A stretch of 54,804 bases of DNA from IMG/VR virus record IMGVR_UViG_3300017747_001955, positions 1-54,804 of that record. One strand, written 5' to 3'. This DNA comes from a virus (taxonomy: Duplodnaviria > Caudoviricetes). The position numbers and the translations under genes are program-made. Of this stretch, positions 18,834 through 30,500 are shown in pieces. The notes below the pieces were generated by a model. The model ran no database searches. It had not been told where the DNA came from and saw only the letters and a list, made by a program, of their open reading frames with translations. The stretch's first letter is position 1. Each line of letters opens with the position of its first letter.

Positions 18834-21800
18834 ATCTCACAGGATAGTTTATTAATTAATGCTTGGAATGGATTATCAATAAGTCTTTGATCAGGATTAG
18901 CTAATCTATTATACTTATCTTCTAACTCTTTTAATTGACTCTGTAAACTCTTTAACTCTTTTGACTGTTTAAATTGTGCTTCATATGCTGATTTACTACC
19001 TGACACAAGTATGTCTATGATTGTATTCTTGACATTATCTAAAGATACAAAATCATCCACATCCTCAAACATACCAGTAGACATATCTTCTTTTATTTGA
19101 ACCCAAACATCTTCAGCAGCTTTATCAACACTAACTCCTTTCTTGCTTAACATGCTTATATGAATATCAGATCTAGTTCCTGTTTTAACTCCTGTCTCAG
19201 CTTTAGCAGACTCAGGTGTTATCTTAGGCATATATCTTAATACTTGTAATTCAAATATATCTCCATTCTCAGACAACTGATCCATGGCTTCTATTATTTG
19301 AATTTTTTCATAGACACTTCTCATTTCTTCACCAATCTCTTCTAATGGATCTGTTACTTGTATTGTAACAGGTTGTACAGCTGGTTGATTTTGATATTCT
19401 TGATTAATTCTATCTATAGTACTTGTATTATTACTTGCATTTTTATACAGCTCTTGTACTTGTTCAGCTGTTAGATTTATACCTTTTACTTTAGGATTTT
19501 TTTCTGCAATACTTTCTGAAAGAATTTTAGGAATATAATATCTACTATCTTCATATAAATTCCAAACTTGTTTACCATTTTCATCAACTAATACATAGTT
19601 ATTTATTGTTCCATCATTTCCTTCCCAACTAACAATATGCATATAATATCCATTTGTTTTGTTGACAGTTTTTGAAATCTTTTCTTCTTTAGTATCTGTA
19701 GAAATAGGAGCTACTTCTGAAATTACTTCTGGAGTAGGAGTAGTTCTAGGGATAGCAGATTGAATTGCTTGTAATCTTGAAGGTGTTATTTCAAATATCT
19801 GTTCAATATTTTCTTCAGCAATAATAGTTTGAACAGGATCAGCAACACCAGTAGGTGTACTTATTTGATCAAAGTCAAGCTGTACCTGACCATCAAATTG
19901 CATTTCAATTTGACTAACAGCTTTTGTTATTCCACCTTTTCCTCTTTTCTTTTTTCTAGACTTAGCTTCAGACTCTGAAGTATCTCGTCTGCCCTCTGAG
20001 GTGACACCACCTTGAGTAGGCTTCTGAGTTCGTTCCTTTTTCGTAGAAGTTCTGTCTGTAACTGTTTTGCTTCCTGGCTTAATTGCTGCATTGTCAAGTT
20101 CACTTATAGGGTTAATGTATTCTTTTTCAAGTTCTGTTATTGCACTATTAACAACCTTATTAGTTGTCCATATTCTAAAATGCTTTTTGATTTGATTAAC
20201 TAAATCACTAGCCCACATATAAAGCTTAATTCTGTCTTCACTAGTGAGTTCATCTCTTCTTAATGGGTTATCAAATATCCATTTTATTTTTAATATATCA
20301 TCAGGAATTTCCTGATTTTTCATAGCATTTACTTGGTACTGCGCAACTAATTCATCTGACCTTTGTTTGGTCATAGCTTCTTTTTCTATAGTTGCTTTAG
20401 CTTCATTAATTGCTACATCATATGCTTCATTCTCTTGAGTTAGTTCTACTTCATTGCTAGGCAATGGTCTAACAACATTCATCAAGATATTATTAACTAA
20501 AGCTAGATACTCTTTTGTTTTAGGATTATTACCAGCTAATCTTTCAGTGATTATCTTTTCTCCTTTCTTGAATCTTCTGCTAACTTTTTTAGCTTTCTTA
20601 TAAGTCCTTGTAAATCCAGTAGCTAATCCATTAGGTCCAAATTCTATATCCCAAGTTACTCCATTGATTTCAATGGTCTGTAAATTAGAATCCATTACAA
20701 TTTGGAAAGCTCCTGCATCTGTAACTTCTACTACAGGACTAGCTTTAGAAGTTAACACTTCTTTTTGATCTTCAGGTAATGACTCAAGTGCTAAACTTAA
20801 GTTAGTAAAGTCATTAAATGTTACTGTAGTATTTCCAACAGGAGCTAATTCAGCAGGTCTAGAACCATCATCAAATCTAACAATATAGTTATCACCTTCA
20901 ATCTCTAAAGTACCCATGTTTCCACTAAGTACTACTTTCTGACCAATGAAGTTATCTAAGTCAGATTTTGCAACATCTAATGCTTCTGTTTTAGCAGCAG
21001 TTTCTTTTGTACTTTTCTCTTGCTTCTTTAGATAAGCATTGTAATAACTTTGTTCAAGATTCTCTAGATATGAGTATAGACTCTCATATGAATTTATAGG
21101 AATTTCTTCAACTGTAATTTCACCTGTTGATTCATCAACAACTTGAACTTTATAACTTACTGGTACAGTATGTTGATTAAGAACTTCTCTAGCTCCTTCT
21201 GCATTTAAGAAGTATCTAGTAATCACTCTTTCTTTAGGATCAGTTGAGTTATATGGAAACTTAGTTTCAAGCTCTTCAAGATTGAAACGCATTGTCATAT
21301 ACTCATCAACCTGACTCATTATTTCAGCTGCCTTCTCAGGATTATCAACAGCCTGTTCTAATAATGTAATTACAGGAAGTGGAATTCTAGACTGTGCAGC
21401 TTTTGCAGCTTTCTTAGCTTTCTCTTCTTCTTGTGACAGTTTGTTTTCTTGTTCTTTCTTATCAGTCTCAATTCTTTCTAACTCAAACTCATCAAACTTT
21501 TTATTTAACTTATTAGCAAGATCTTGAATGATAATCATGTTATCAAATGTCCCCATAGGAGATTTTGAAAACTGAAGTAATTCATCAGTTAGTCCTTTGT
21601 TCTCTTCTAAAAATCTTTTAGCAACTTCACTAATAGATCCTAGCTTCATATAAGAATCATAAAGCAATCTAGCATGAGCAGCAGCTCTTGCATCCATTAG
21701 ATTCTGATAGTACTTACCAAAGTTATCAGGGTCATTAAGAAGATTAACAGCATCTACATATTCAGCATGGTCTTGTCCTAAAGCCATGTATTGATAGATA

Positions 21801-24733
21801 TCAATTGCTGCATTCTCTAATTCATCTTTATTAACAACAGTGCTTAAACCTGCTTGTTTATTTTTAAGAGATAGATATGCACCAATAGCTTGAGCAACAT
21901 AATTTATGGTGCCCATTGGAGAAGACTTACTGTTATTTACTTTGTTAGAGTCTATGAATCTAGCCTGAGTTACTGTAATATAGTTACCTGGATTATTAGG
22001 ATCTTCAATCTTCATGTCAGTAAATACATTCTTTCTTACTTCAGAAAGTAGTACAAACTCCATTTCTTTATCCTTAAGAAGTCTTTCAGTCTTCTCATCC
22101 ATTTTCTCACCTTCAGGAACTCCTTCTCTAATTGTTTTGATTTGATTTCTTAATGATAAAATGCTATCATCAATTGATTCAGCATTTGTAATAGTATTCC
22201 ATGCAGTATGTAAGCTATTACCTATTGAATCATATCTACCAATTCTTTCTTTAATTTCTGCAGCTCTTTTAATGCTAGACTTAGATTTAGATTCAATAAA
22301 TGCAACTGTTCCAATTGCATCCATCAATGCAGCCTTTCTTACACTGAACTTCTGTCTTCTTGCAGGGTCTTCAATTAAGTCTTCAACATCTAATAACAAG
22401 CTATACTTGTCTTGGTACTTATCCCATATCTCACTGTATGCTTCAACAGAACTAGCAATACCACCCATTATATCCTGAGTAGTTGATCCTTTTTCTATTT
22501 CTTCAGGTGAAAATCCAAATGCTTGTTTAAATTGATCATTGCTAAACTCTTCATATCCTTTAATATGAGATATAAGATATCCCAAAGTACCAGTACGCTT
22601 AGCGTGCATAATGGTTTGTATTAAAGCTGAATCATAGTTATTACCATGTTGGTACTTATCTTTATTCAGGATACCTTCCAACATTCCATCATTGTACTGT
22701 GTTTGGAGTTTGATTTGTTTTACAGCTTCTTTTAAGATTGTTTCACTTCCTCCATTAAAGTATGTATTAATCTGCTGTAGACTTTTTCTAACTGATTCTT
22801 TATGAGCAGCTGCTGCTGGATTTAAAAACTTACTTGTTTGTGCAGATTTAATAGCATTCATTGCAGGACCAATAAATACTCCTGTCAATGCTCCAGATAA
22901 AAATGTCTTAAGACCTTGCTTAGATATTTGTGAGTTTACTGCTTCATTAAAACTTTTACCCCAATCTGCAGGATCACCTCTATAAATATCAGTGTAGTAA
23001 TCTTTCAATCTAATTGAGGCCATCTCTTGGAAGTTTTCTTGAAGACCTTCACTTAATTCAATTCTAGTAAGACCTTTAAGCATACTCTTGCCATATTCCC
23101 AAGCTGCTTGCTTTCCACCAAAATCATCTGCAATTTTAGGAAGAAGACCTAATGTTCCCATTAAACCTCTTTCATAACCTTGAGTTAAAGCTTTCCCTGT
23201 CTTTTTTCCAACTCCTTGTACTACAGTAATTCCTAACTCTGAAGCATCTTTTGCTAATGCATTTCTTACAGCATTAATTGCTTTACTTTCATATCCAAAG
23301 TTTCCAACAATATTACCCCATTGAATCTTGTTAGTGATTCCTAAAATAGCTATGTTACTTCCAAAATCAAGAGTAGCACTTTCTAATGCTAATTTTTTAA
23401 TCTTTAATAAGTCTTCACCAATAGCTTCTTGTCCATTGTTACGCTGTCTAAATTCATCTTTAAATTGATTATACAAATCAGCATAGTTACCACCAGCTTC
23501 AATTGCAGCTTCTCCTGCTGCCATTTGCCATTCTGCAAATGATCTTCTTAAACCTCCTACACCTACTTTAAATAACTCAGTTGAGTTTAATATGTTCTTA
23601 CCTGCTTTAGCAACTCTTGCTGACTGAGCTAATTCACCTGCAAAAGGAACATAGGTTGCTAATTGTAAAGCATTATCCCAAAATCCTTCTCCATACTTTA
23701 TACCATTTGTTACTGTTGTTTCTGCTTGATTAACTGTTCTTAAAACAGTAGCAACATCACCACCTACAAAAGGATTATGAGGAACTGGTGGAAACTTTAA
23801 TTTTGTAAAGTCTCCTATTTTATCTCCAGCTTGTACTAAATGTTCAGTAGTATTTAATGCTCTACCTGTGAACATTTTAACCATGTTCTTCCAAAGCTTT
23901 CCTATTTTTAATCCTGTAGATGCTGCAGTAACTGTTTCTAATTGACCAGCAGCAGCTAAAGATGTACCACCTGTAGCTGGTGCAAGTAAAGCTAATCCAC
24001 CTTCTATTGCTTTTGTTACTACTTGTTCTGTAATTACTTCACCGATAGTACCAAAAGTAAATCCAAGATTACCCATTGTTTCTACTAAGAAACCTTTAGT
24101 TAAGAAATCATCTTCTGTACCTGGTTTATAGAAAATTGGATTTTCAATATCCATTCTTTCTAGATTATAGGCTTCTCTTTCATTTTCAGCTGCAGATGGT
24201 GATAGGTAATCCACATCTCCATTAAAAAGAGCTTTACCTGCTCTTACCCAAGTATATGCAGCTTCTTTGTATGAACTAGAAAAACTATCTTTAAATCTAC
24301 CTAGACCTGCTGATATAGCATCCCACTTGTCCCAGTTTTCATAAGCCACTCTTTCATTATCAGACTTAGGATCAAAGTAGTCATGATATAAACTAGCATC
24401 TTTCTTATATCTTTCTTTTACATTAGGATTATAAGATTTTACTTTTATAATATCATTAGCTTGTCTATTATAATGATCTTGTGTAGCATCAGCTATTGCA
24501 GAAAAAAGAGGATCAGGGCTAGGTCTATTTGTATCTTTTGTTACTACCTGCTTAGGTTTGTTTACTACTCTAGATACTCTATTATCTCCAGTTGCAAAAC
24601 TATTAGGAGTTTTTTCAATATTTACTTCAAATCCTTGTGGAGGAAGTTGAGGAACTTCTTTATTAAAATCTAATGCTTCTTGTGTTACTTTAGCATCTAA
24701 TAAAGAATCATCAATACCTAATAAGTTTTCCAT
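18830..24733 (-). CDS. Giant virion ejection/cargo protein (1967 aa), candidate DNA-delivery channel component
   Basis: Long ORF with an ATGA overlap into the RNAP gene. The N-terminal third has Gly/Ala-rich hydrophobic segments (GGLALLAPATGGTSLAAAG; FLSGALTGVFIG) and GEAAIEAG / EGLQENFQE motifs of the kind seen in crAss-like ejection proteins. Confidence 0.75.
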   Translation of the reverse strand: MENLLGIDDSLLDAKVTQEALDFNKEVPQLPPQGFEVNIEKTPNSFATGDNRVSRVVNKPKQVVTKDTNRPSPDPLFSAIADATQDHYNRQANDIIKVKSYNPNVKERYKKDASLYHDYFDPKSDNERVAYENWDKWDAISAGLGRFKDSFSSSYKEAAYTWVRAGKALFNGDVDYLSPSAAENEREAYNLERMDIENPIFYKPGTEDDFLTKGFLVETMGNLGFTFGTIGEVITEQVVTKAIEGGLALLAPATGGTSLAAAGQLETVTAASTGLKIGKLWKNMVKMFTGRALNTTEHLVQAGDKIGDFTKLKFPPVPHNPFVGGDVATVLRTVNQAETTVTNGIKYGEGFWDNALQLATYVPFAGELAQSARVAKAGKNILNSTELFKVGVGGLRRSFAEWQMAAGEAAIEAGGNYADLYNQFKDEFRQRNNGQEAIGEDLLKIKKLALESATLDFGSNIAILGITNKIQWGNIVGNFGYESKAINAVRNALAKDASELGITVVQGVGKKTGKALTQGYERGLMGTLGLLPKIADDFGGKQAAWEYGKSMLKGLTRIELSEGLQENFQEMASIRLKDYYTDIYRGDPADWGKSFNEAVNSQISKQGLKTFLSGALTGVFIGPAMNAIKSAQTSKFLNPAAAAHKESVRKSLQQINTYFNGGSETILKEAVKQIKLQTQYNDGMLEGILNKDKYQHGNNYDSALIQTIMHAKRTGTLGYLISHIKGYEEFSNDQFKQAFGFSPEEIEKGSTTQDIMGGIASSVEAYSEIWDKYQDKYSLLLDVEDLIEDPARRQKFSVRKAALMDAIGTVAFIESKSKSSIKRAAEIKERIGRYDSIGNSLHTAWNTITNAESIDDSILSLRNQIKTIREGVPEGEKMDEKTERLLKDKEMEFVLLSEVRKNVFTDMKIEDPNNPGNYITVTQARFIDSNKVNNSKSSPMGTINYVAQAIGAYLSLKNKQAGLSTVVNKDELENAAIDIYQYMALGQDHAEYVDAVNLLNDPDNFGKYYQNLMDARAAAHARLLYDSYMKLGSISEVAKRFLEENKGLTDELLQFSKSPMGTFDNMIIIQDLANKLNKKFDEFELERIETDKKEQENKLSQEEEKAKKAAKAAQSRIPLPVITLLEQAVDNPEKAAEIMSQVDEYMTMRFNLEELETKFPYNSTDPKERVITRYFLNAEGAREVLNQHTVPVSYKVQVVDESTGEITVEEIPINSYESLYSYLENLEQSYYNAYLKKQEKSTKETAAKTEALDVAKSDLDNFIGQKVVLSGNMGTLEIEGDNYIVRFDDGSRPAELAPVGNTTVTFNDFTNLSLALESLPEDQKEVLTSKASPVVEVTDAGAFQIVMDSNLQTIEINGVTWDIEFGPNGLATGFTRTYKKAKKVSRRFKKGEKIITERLAGNNPKTKEYLALVNNILMNVVRPLPSNEVELTQENEAYDVAINEAKATIEKEAMTKQRSDELVAQYQVNAMKNQEIPDDILKIKWIFDNPLRRDELTSEDRIKLYMWASDLVNQIKKHFRIWTTNKVVNSAITELEKEYINPISELDNAAIKPGSKTVTDRTSTKKERTQKPTQGGVTSEGRRDTSESEAKSRKKKRGKGGITKAVSQIEMQFDGQVQLDFDQISTPTGVADPVQTIIAEENIEQIFEITPSRLQAIQSAIPRTTPTPEVISEVAPISTDTKEEKISKTVNKTNGYYMHIVSWEGNDGTINNYVLVDENGKQVWNLYEDSRYYIPKILSESIAEKNPKVKGINLTAEQVQELYKNASNNTSTIDRINQEYQNQPAVQPVTIQVTDPLEEIGEEMRSVYEKIQIIEAMDQLSENGDIFELQVLRYMPKITPESAKAETGVKTGTRSDIHISMLSKKGVSVDKAAEDVWVQIKEDMSTGMFEDVDDFVSLDNVKNTIIDILVSGSKSAYEAQFKQSKELKSLQSQLKELEDKYNRLANPDQRLIDNPFQALINKLSCEI

Positions 24734-24735
24734 TT

Positions 24736-27579
24736 TTAATTAGTTGAAAGATTAACATTACTCCAAGGGACTAAATCACCTCTTAGTTTGTTTCTATTAA
24801 TTTGGTCTATTGCTGCTTGAGTATTATCCTCATCATACTTATTAATCAATCTATCTACCCAGCTTCTAATTTGATCATCATATCTAGTTGGATCATCTAA
24901 GTAAGTTGAATAAGGAATTGATAATAAATCAGTTATATTAGCTGTAGCACTGCTGCCATCATTTCTAATAATATTAACTGTTATATCATCTGTTTGAGCA
25001 TTACCTGTAATAGAACCACCTTTTATTTTATATGACATACTTGGAGGAAATCCTGAAGTACCATCCTTTGGATCTATTAATCCATTATTACTAACCCAAC
25101 TAAGTTCAGGAGTAATCATACTTTCACCAGCAACTTGCTTAATTAAATCTCTTAGAGGATTTGCATCAAGACTTCTTTGACCTGTGAAAGGATCTACAAT
25201 TACATCATCATTTCCTGCTAAGTTAGCAGCTTTATTAATAGGTACTAAGAATACTACATTATTATTTGCATCAACTAATCCATTAACATCAAAGCCCATA
25301 GTCTTAGCAACACTTCCTCCCTTACCTGTAGCAATTCTATTAATAGGAGCTGTTACTTGAATATACTCTTTGTTGTCAACAATTTTGCGTTGATATGTTG
25401 TAAGTCTAGGATCAAATACTTCACTCATGTTTTTACCACCTCTTACAATATTCATGAACTTACCTTTTTCTTCTGCAGTGTATGGTACAAATTCTTGAAT
25501 GCCATCATCATTAGTTGTCATTACACCCATCTTATCTGCATTGTTTATAAAGCTAGCATGAATAGACCAATCATATTTACTTACATCAGATGGATTTAAT
25601 TGAATAGCAGGCATTTGTTTAGCAGCTTGATTCATATATTTATCATGATCTGGAATAAGTGTTTTGAATGCAATTGCTCTATCTTCCTCATCTAATTTAT
25701 TTACTTCAGCATAGTTGATAGAATAGTTATTTCCATTCTTAACAATATACTTCTTATTTTCATCATTTGAATAATATACATCAAATAAGTGTTTACTTTC
25801 TCTATTATACATATTAGCCCACTGTTCTCTTGCATTAGATGCATTACTTAATTGAGTTTGAACAGCAGTAATTGTATCAGCATCATAAAACTTTTTATTG
25901 TTTCTGATTCCAACATTGATAGCAGATTGAATAATAGAGAATGAAGTATTGTTATCAAATCTAATTGTAGGAGCAACAACATTCATGTAATTTTTAAGCT
26001 GAGCATTTTCAGTAGCACTTAATGCTTTACCTGTTGCTTTATTTAAAATAGCTTGTCTTACAACTTTAACATCAATGTTACTTCCTGCTTTTTGACTAAT
26101 AGCACCTTTTGCTATATCCATATGTGCAGCCATACCTAATACTTGCATATCTGCATAAGGTAATGAACCTTTATTATAAGCATCTTGTACTTTATCTAGA
26201 TATACTCTATCTACTGAGAAACTTCCTACATCTGTAAGTTGAGTTATCTGTGCACCTGAAGCTTGATTCTTACCCTTGCCTTCCATCTTCATTTTGATGA
26301 TGTCAGCTTGTAGCTTCATAGATTCTAAATCCTTAGCACCTTGTTGACGCATACCTTCTAACTTCACTTGCTGTGAAAACTGAGCATTCATTTTAGACCA
26401 CTCAAAAGCTTGCTGATCTTTTTGTAAAGCTACTTGATCTGGCTTATACTCCAATTCCATATTAGTGTATGCTTGATTGTAAGCAAATGCTTTAGCATAC
26501 TCATCTCTAATCTTAGTCATATAAGTACCAGCAGGATTATTTGCATAGAGATCCACTGCTTTTTGCTTAAGCTTAGTATCATCTCCTTTTTCTGTCTGTA
26601 ACTTTTTGATTAACTCATCAAGTTGTATTTTTTCTTCATCTAGTTTTTTAACTCTATCAACAGTTGCTTGGTCAGCACCTGTAGGATTTTTACCTTTTAT
26701 AGCTTTAATCTCTTTAGTAAGTTGACCAGATCTAGATTGAAGATCATCTAATTGATTATTGTATAGTTTGACATACTCAGTGGAGAACTTCTCACCTATC
26801 TGTCTTGTTGCAGCTTCTCTTGTAAGATTTTTATCTTGAGCCATCAACCCTCTCACTTCTTTTTCATGATCAAGCTCTGCTTCAATCTTAAACTGATTAT
26901 CAAACTTTTCACCTATTACATTAGTAAACCAGTTTTTAAATGGCATATAAGATTGCTCACCATTTACTGTATGAATTAAATACAGACCATTAGGTGTAGT
27001 CTTCTCAATCTTTAGTCCTTGTTCCTTTGCTAACTTCATAGCATATAGTACAGGATCTTCCCAAGGACTGTAGCTATTAATAGTTGCTTTATCAATAGAA
27101 CCATTATCACGCTTCATTTCACCTAAACGCTGCTTTCCTAATAACAGCCACTCTTCCATCTTAGGATTATACTGAGTCCTAATCTTTTCATCACTGTTAT
27201 TTTTAGTTTGAAGCATCTTACTAATTTCAGTGTTCTGTCTTTTAGTAAGAAACAAATCTCTAACATACTGCTTATCATCAACTAATGGTTTGAATACACT
27301 AGTTGCTTGCATTACATTATTAGGATTAGATAAATCTATTCCTGCAAACTTACTCATAGCAGCATCTGCTTTCTTTAAATAGTCTTGCTTAAACTGCTCA
27401 TTATCAGATGATGATAACTCACCATTGATAAGTGAATTATACATTGTTTTAACCTGATCAAATCCCTTATCATACTTATTCTGTAAAGTACTTAATGTTG
27501 TAGATAATAACTGATAGTTAGGTGCAATGGCCGTTGGGCCAGGCATCATATCAGTAACTCCTTTTATATATGTAGCCAT
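24736..27579 (-). CDS. Virion structural/cargo protein (947 aa), helical N-terminal half
   Basis: Long ORF with an A-rich leader, coiled-coil-like composition, located between the cargo and giant genes. Confidence 0.7.
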   Translation of the reverse strand: MATYIKGVTDMMPGPTAIAPNYQLLSTTLSTLQNKYDKGFDQVKTMYNSLINGELSSSDNEQFKQDYLKKADAAMSKFAGIDLSNPNNVMQATSVFKPLVDDKQYVRDLFLTKRQNTEISKMLQTKNNSDEKIRTQYNPKMEEWLLLGKQRLGEMKRDNGSIDKATINSYSPWEDPVLYAMKLAKEQGLKIEKTTPNGLYLIHTVNGEQSYMPFKNWFTNVIGEKFDNQFKIEAELDHEKEVRGLMAQDKNLTREAATRQIGEKFSTEYVKLYNNQLDDLQSRSGQLTKEIKAIKGKNPTGADQATVDRVKKLDEEKIQLDELIKKLQTEKGDDTKLKQKAVDLYANNPAGTYMTKIRDEYAKAFAYNQAYTNMELEYKPDQVALQKDQQAFEWSKMNAQFSQQVKLEGMRQQGAKDLESMKLQADIIKMKMEGKGKNQASGAQITQLTDVGSFSVDRVYLDKVQDAYNKGSLPYADMQVLGMAAHMDIAKGAISQKAGSNIDVKVVRQAILNKATGKALSATENAQLKNYMNVVAPTIRFDNNTSFSIIQSAINVGIRNNKKFYDADTITAVQTQLSNASNAREQWANMYNRESKHLFDVYYSNDENKKYIVKNGNNYSINYAEVNKLDEEDRAIAFKTLIPDHDKYMNQAAKQMPAIQLNPSDVSKYDWSIHASFINNADKMGVMTTNDDGIQEFVPYTAEEKGKFMNIVRGGKNMSEVFDPRLTTYQRKIVDNKEYIQVTAPINRIATGKGGSVAKTMGFDVNGLVDANNNVVFLVPINKAANLAGNDDVIVDPFTGQRSLDANPLRDLIKQVAGESMITPELSWVSNNGLIDPKDGTSGFPPSMSYKIKGGSITGNAQTDDITVNIIRNDGSSATANITDLLSIPYSTYLDDPTRYDDQIRSWVDRLINKYDEDNTQAAIDQINRNKLRGDLVPWSNVNLSTN

Positions 27580-27590
27580 AATTGTTTATT

Positions 27591-30500
27591 CTAGTCGTTC
27601 CAAATAAGGTCCATAGGATTATATAACATACCACCTACCTGTGCTTCACTTTTATTCATAGGTAGTTTAGATTTTACTTGCAGTTCAAGTATTGCTCTAG
27701 CTTGCTCATCACTCCATCCTTTATTAAGTAATTCTTCATATGCATCTGCTATACTTCCTGTTTGAGATCTGAATGATCCTTTTAGTGGATCAAATCCTCT
27801 CTTGAAATATACTTGACCTGTACCTGGATCAACTGCATAACTATCTGATGTAGCATTAACCCAAGATGTTTCAGCTGCATTCTTAAGACCTTGCATAATA
27901 GATTTAGCAACATTTGTTCTACCTTCTCTTAATGCATTTTGATATTGTTGTCTTCTTACCTCAAGCTCATCTCTGTATTGTTTCTCAAACTGTTGATTTT
28001 GCAACTGAGCTTGATTAAACATTTGAGCACCACTACTCTCATATTGATTTGCAATACCAGCATTACGCTCATCATACTGAGCCATGATATTAGCAATCTG
28101 TGGAGCAGCTGCAGCAGATGCAGCAATCATATTAGCTCTTGCAACAGTAGGATCACTAGCAGCCATTATTGCTTCTTGTGTACCTCTAACTACACCTTGT
28201 TGTTGTGCAATAGCTCTAGCAGGATCTAAGAAAGTAGGATCAGGAATATATGGGACATAGTTCATGAACGTAGGTAAAGCACCTGGTTCAATATCAAAAT
28301 AATTTCCTAACTGATTTCCATAGTTTACTAAATCATAATTCCACCAAGGTGTACCTGCAATACCTGATTCATAATTTTGAGGAGGTATTTCTCCTGGTTT
28401 AGTTGGTGGAGCTGGAGCAGCAGGAGGAGCTGGTGTATCACCTGGTTTATTTTCTACAACAGTTGCAGCTTTCTTCTTAATACCTGGAGCAGACCATGTA
28501 TAGATACCTAACTTCTTATCCTTACCATAAGGGTTAGAACCACTCTTAGTAATAAAGTATTCAGGTAATCCATTAGCTTTTCTCCATGTGTTATAGTTTT
28601 CCTGGAACCAACCTGCTGCTTTTTCTCTTGCAGCTTTATCAGTTGATGTTACATCAGCTTTCCATTTATCTATACCACCATCATAGTTTGTTAATACATC
28701 AGTTTGACGATTAATGAAATCATTTAAGTCTAACTCTTCTTGCTTACCTGTAGTTTTATTTATTGCAGTGTAATAGTTTTTGCTAGAATCAAATCCTTGT
28801 GTGCCAAATGTGTAGTCAAGCTTTTTATTTGGCATTACTACATCATAAGTATCTGTACTTTTTATTGCTGTCTCTTTGATTAACTGAGTGTGTTTTCCAC
28901 CTCCACCTGCATACTTTCTTAACTGACCTCCCATCTCAAATTTTCTAGTAGGATCATATGATATAATCTTTTGCTCACCACCTAATTTCTTTTTTTCACT
29001 AGCAGGAACAGCTGCATTAAAAAGATCTAAACTTTCTTGTAAAGTAGTATATTCATCACTAACTTCTTCTACCTTTTTCTTTCTTTCTTCTTTTTTTACT
29101 TTACCAGTAGTAGTTGTATCAGAGGTAGTTTCTCCTTCAACTACATCAGTAGTAGGTTTAGGTATAAATAAAGCAGAAATATTTCCATTAGGCAGTCTGA
29201 TATATTGAATATACTTGTTCCCTATTTTTTCTTCATAAGGTGCATTTCCATTGTCTCGTAACTTCTGATGAACTTGATTTACTTTAGTTTGTTCTTTAAG
29301 AACAACAGCTGTAGCATCAGTTGCACCATTAAGATATTTACCAGTTTTAGAATCAAAGTAGTTACCTTCAGGATAAGGATTAGAAGTTTCCATTTCATCT
29401 GGTGCTTCTCCAACAGGAGCACCTGTTAGTTCTACAAGATATTTGTCTAAATTTTTTTCACTTTCATTAGTAGCACTACGTTTAAATGAAAATACTCCTT
29501 CATATTCATCTTTACCAAAACCATATTGATTTGGACGATAGGGACTATAATGTGGTCTATCACTAAGAAGTGGAGCATATGTTCCAGTATTTGTAATATC
29601 TTCATAGATAGTAGCAGCTCTTGCTACATCTTGAGGAGCAGAGTTTGGATCATTTAGAACTTTTTCAGCAGCAGCTTTAACAGCATTATATTTTTTTTGA
29701 AACTGAATATTTTTTGTTTCACTTAATTTACTTGCTGTATTAAGTTCTTTTCTTTTTTGAAGTTTATTTGCTTTATCTTGTAAGACATCAGCCATATCAT
29801 ATATTTTCTCCTGCCATGATAAACCATATGGTTGATTTGTATCAGTAAGATCATAAAATGGTGCAGTTGGTAAACCAAATCCACCTGTTAGTCCAATACC
29901 AAATCCCTGTACAGCATTACCAATATAACCAAGACCTTTTCCTATCATACCAACTGGAGTTGATAATCCTGAAATATCATAAGTATCACCATCTTCTAAT
30001 AACTTAGCAGCTTCTCTCATCGTTACAGGATCATTAGATAAAAGAGCATCATTATAAATCTTATTAGCAGATTCTACTTGTCTACGTTTAATTGGTTCAT
30101 CTTCATCAGGAAGAGTTGTTGCTAAACCAATTCTATCAGCTTCAGCTTGTTGTCTTTGTTGAGCAACTACTTTTCTTTTATCTAAGTCCTTACCTAAATC
30201 TTTAAGATAAGTTGGTCTTGAGCTAGTAAGATTATTTACCTCATTAAAAAACTCCTGCATTGATGGTAGTTTTGCATACTCTGGATTCTCACCTAATAAA
30301 TTAATAAGTTGTTGTCTAGCTCTTTTTTCTTCAGCACTATTTGGATCACTATTCATCCATAATTCTTTTGCTTTAAACAATTGATTACGAACATTTCTAT
30401 CATGCATTGCATCATTTTCATTAGATGTCATTACACGAGCAGCAGCAGGTGCACTTGCATTTGCTTTAGGAGTATTTACAACAGCAGTTGTAGCTGCAGC

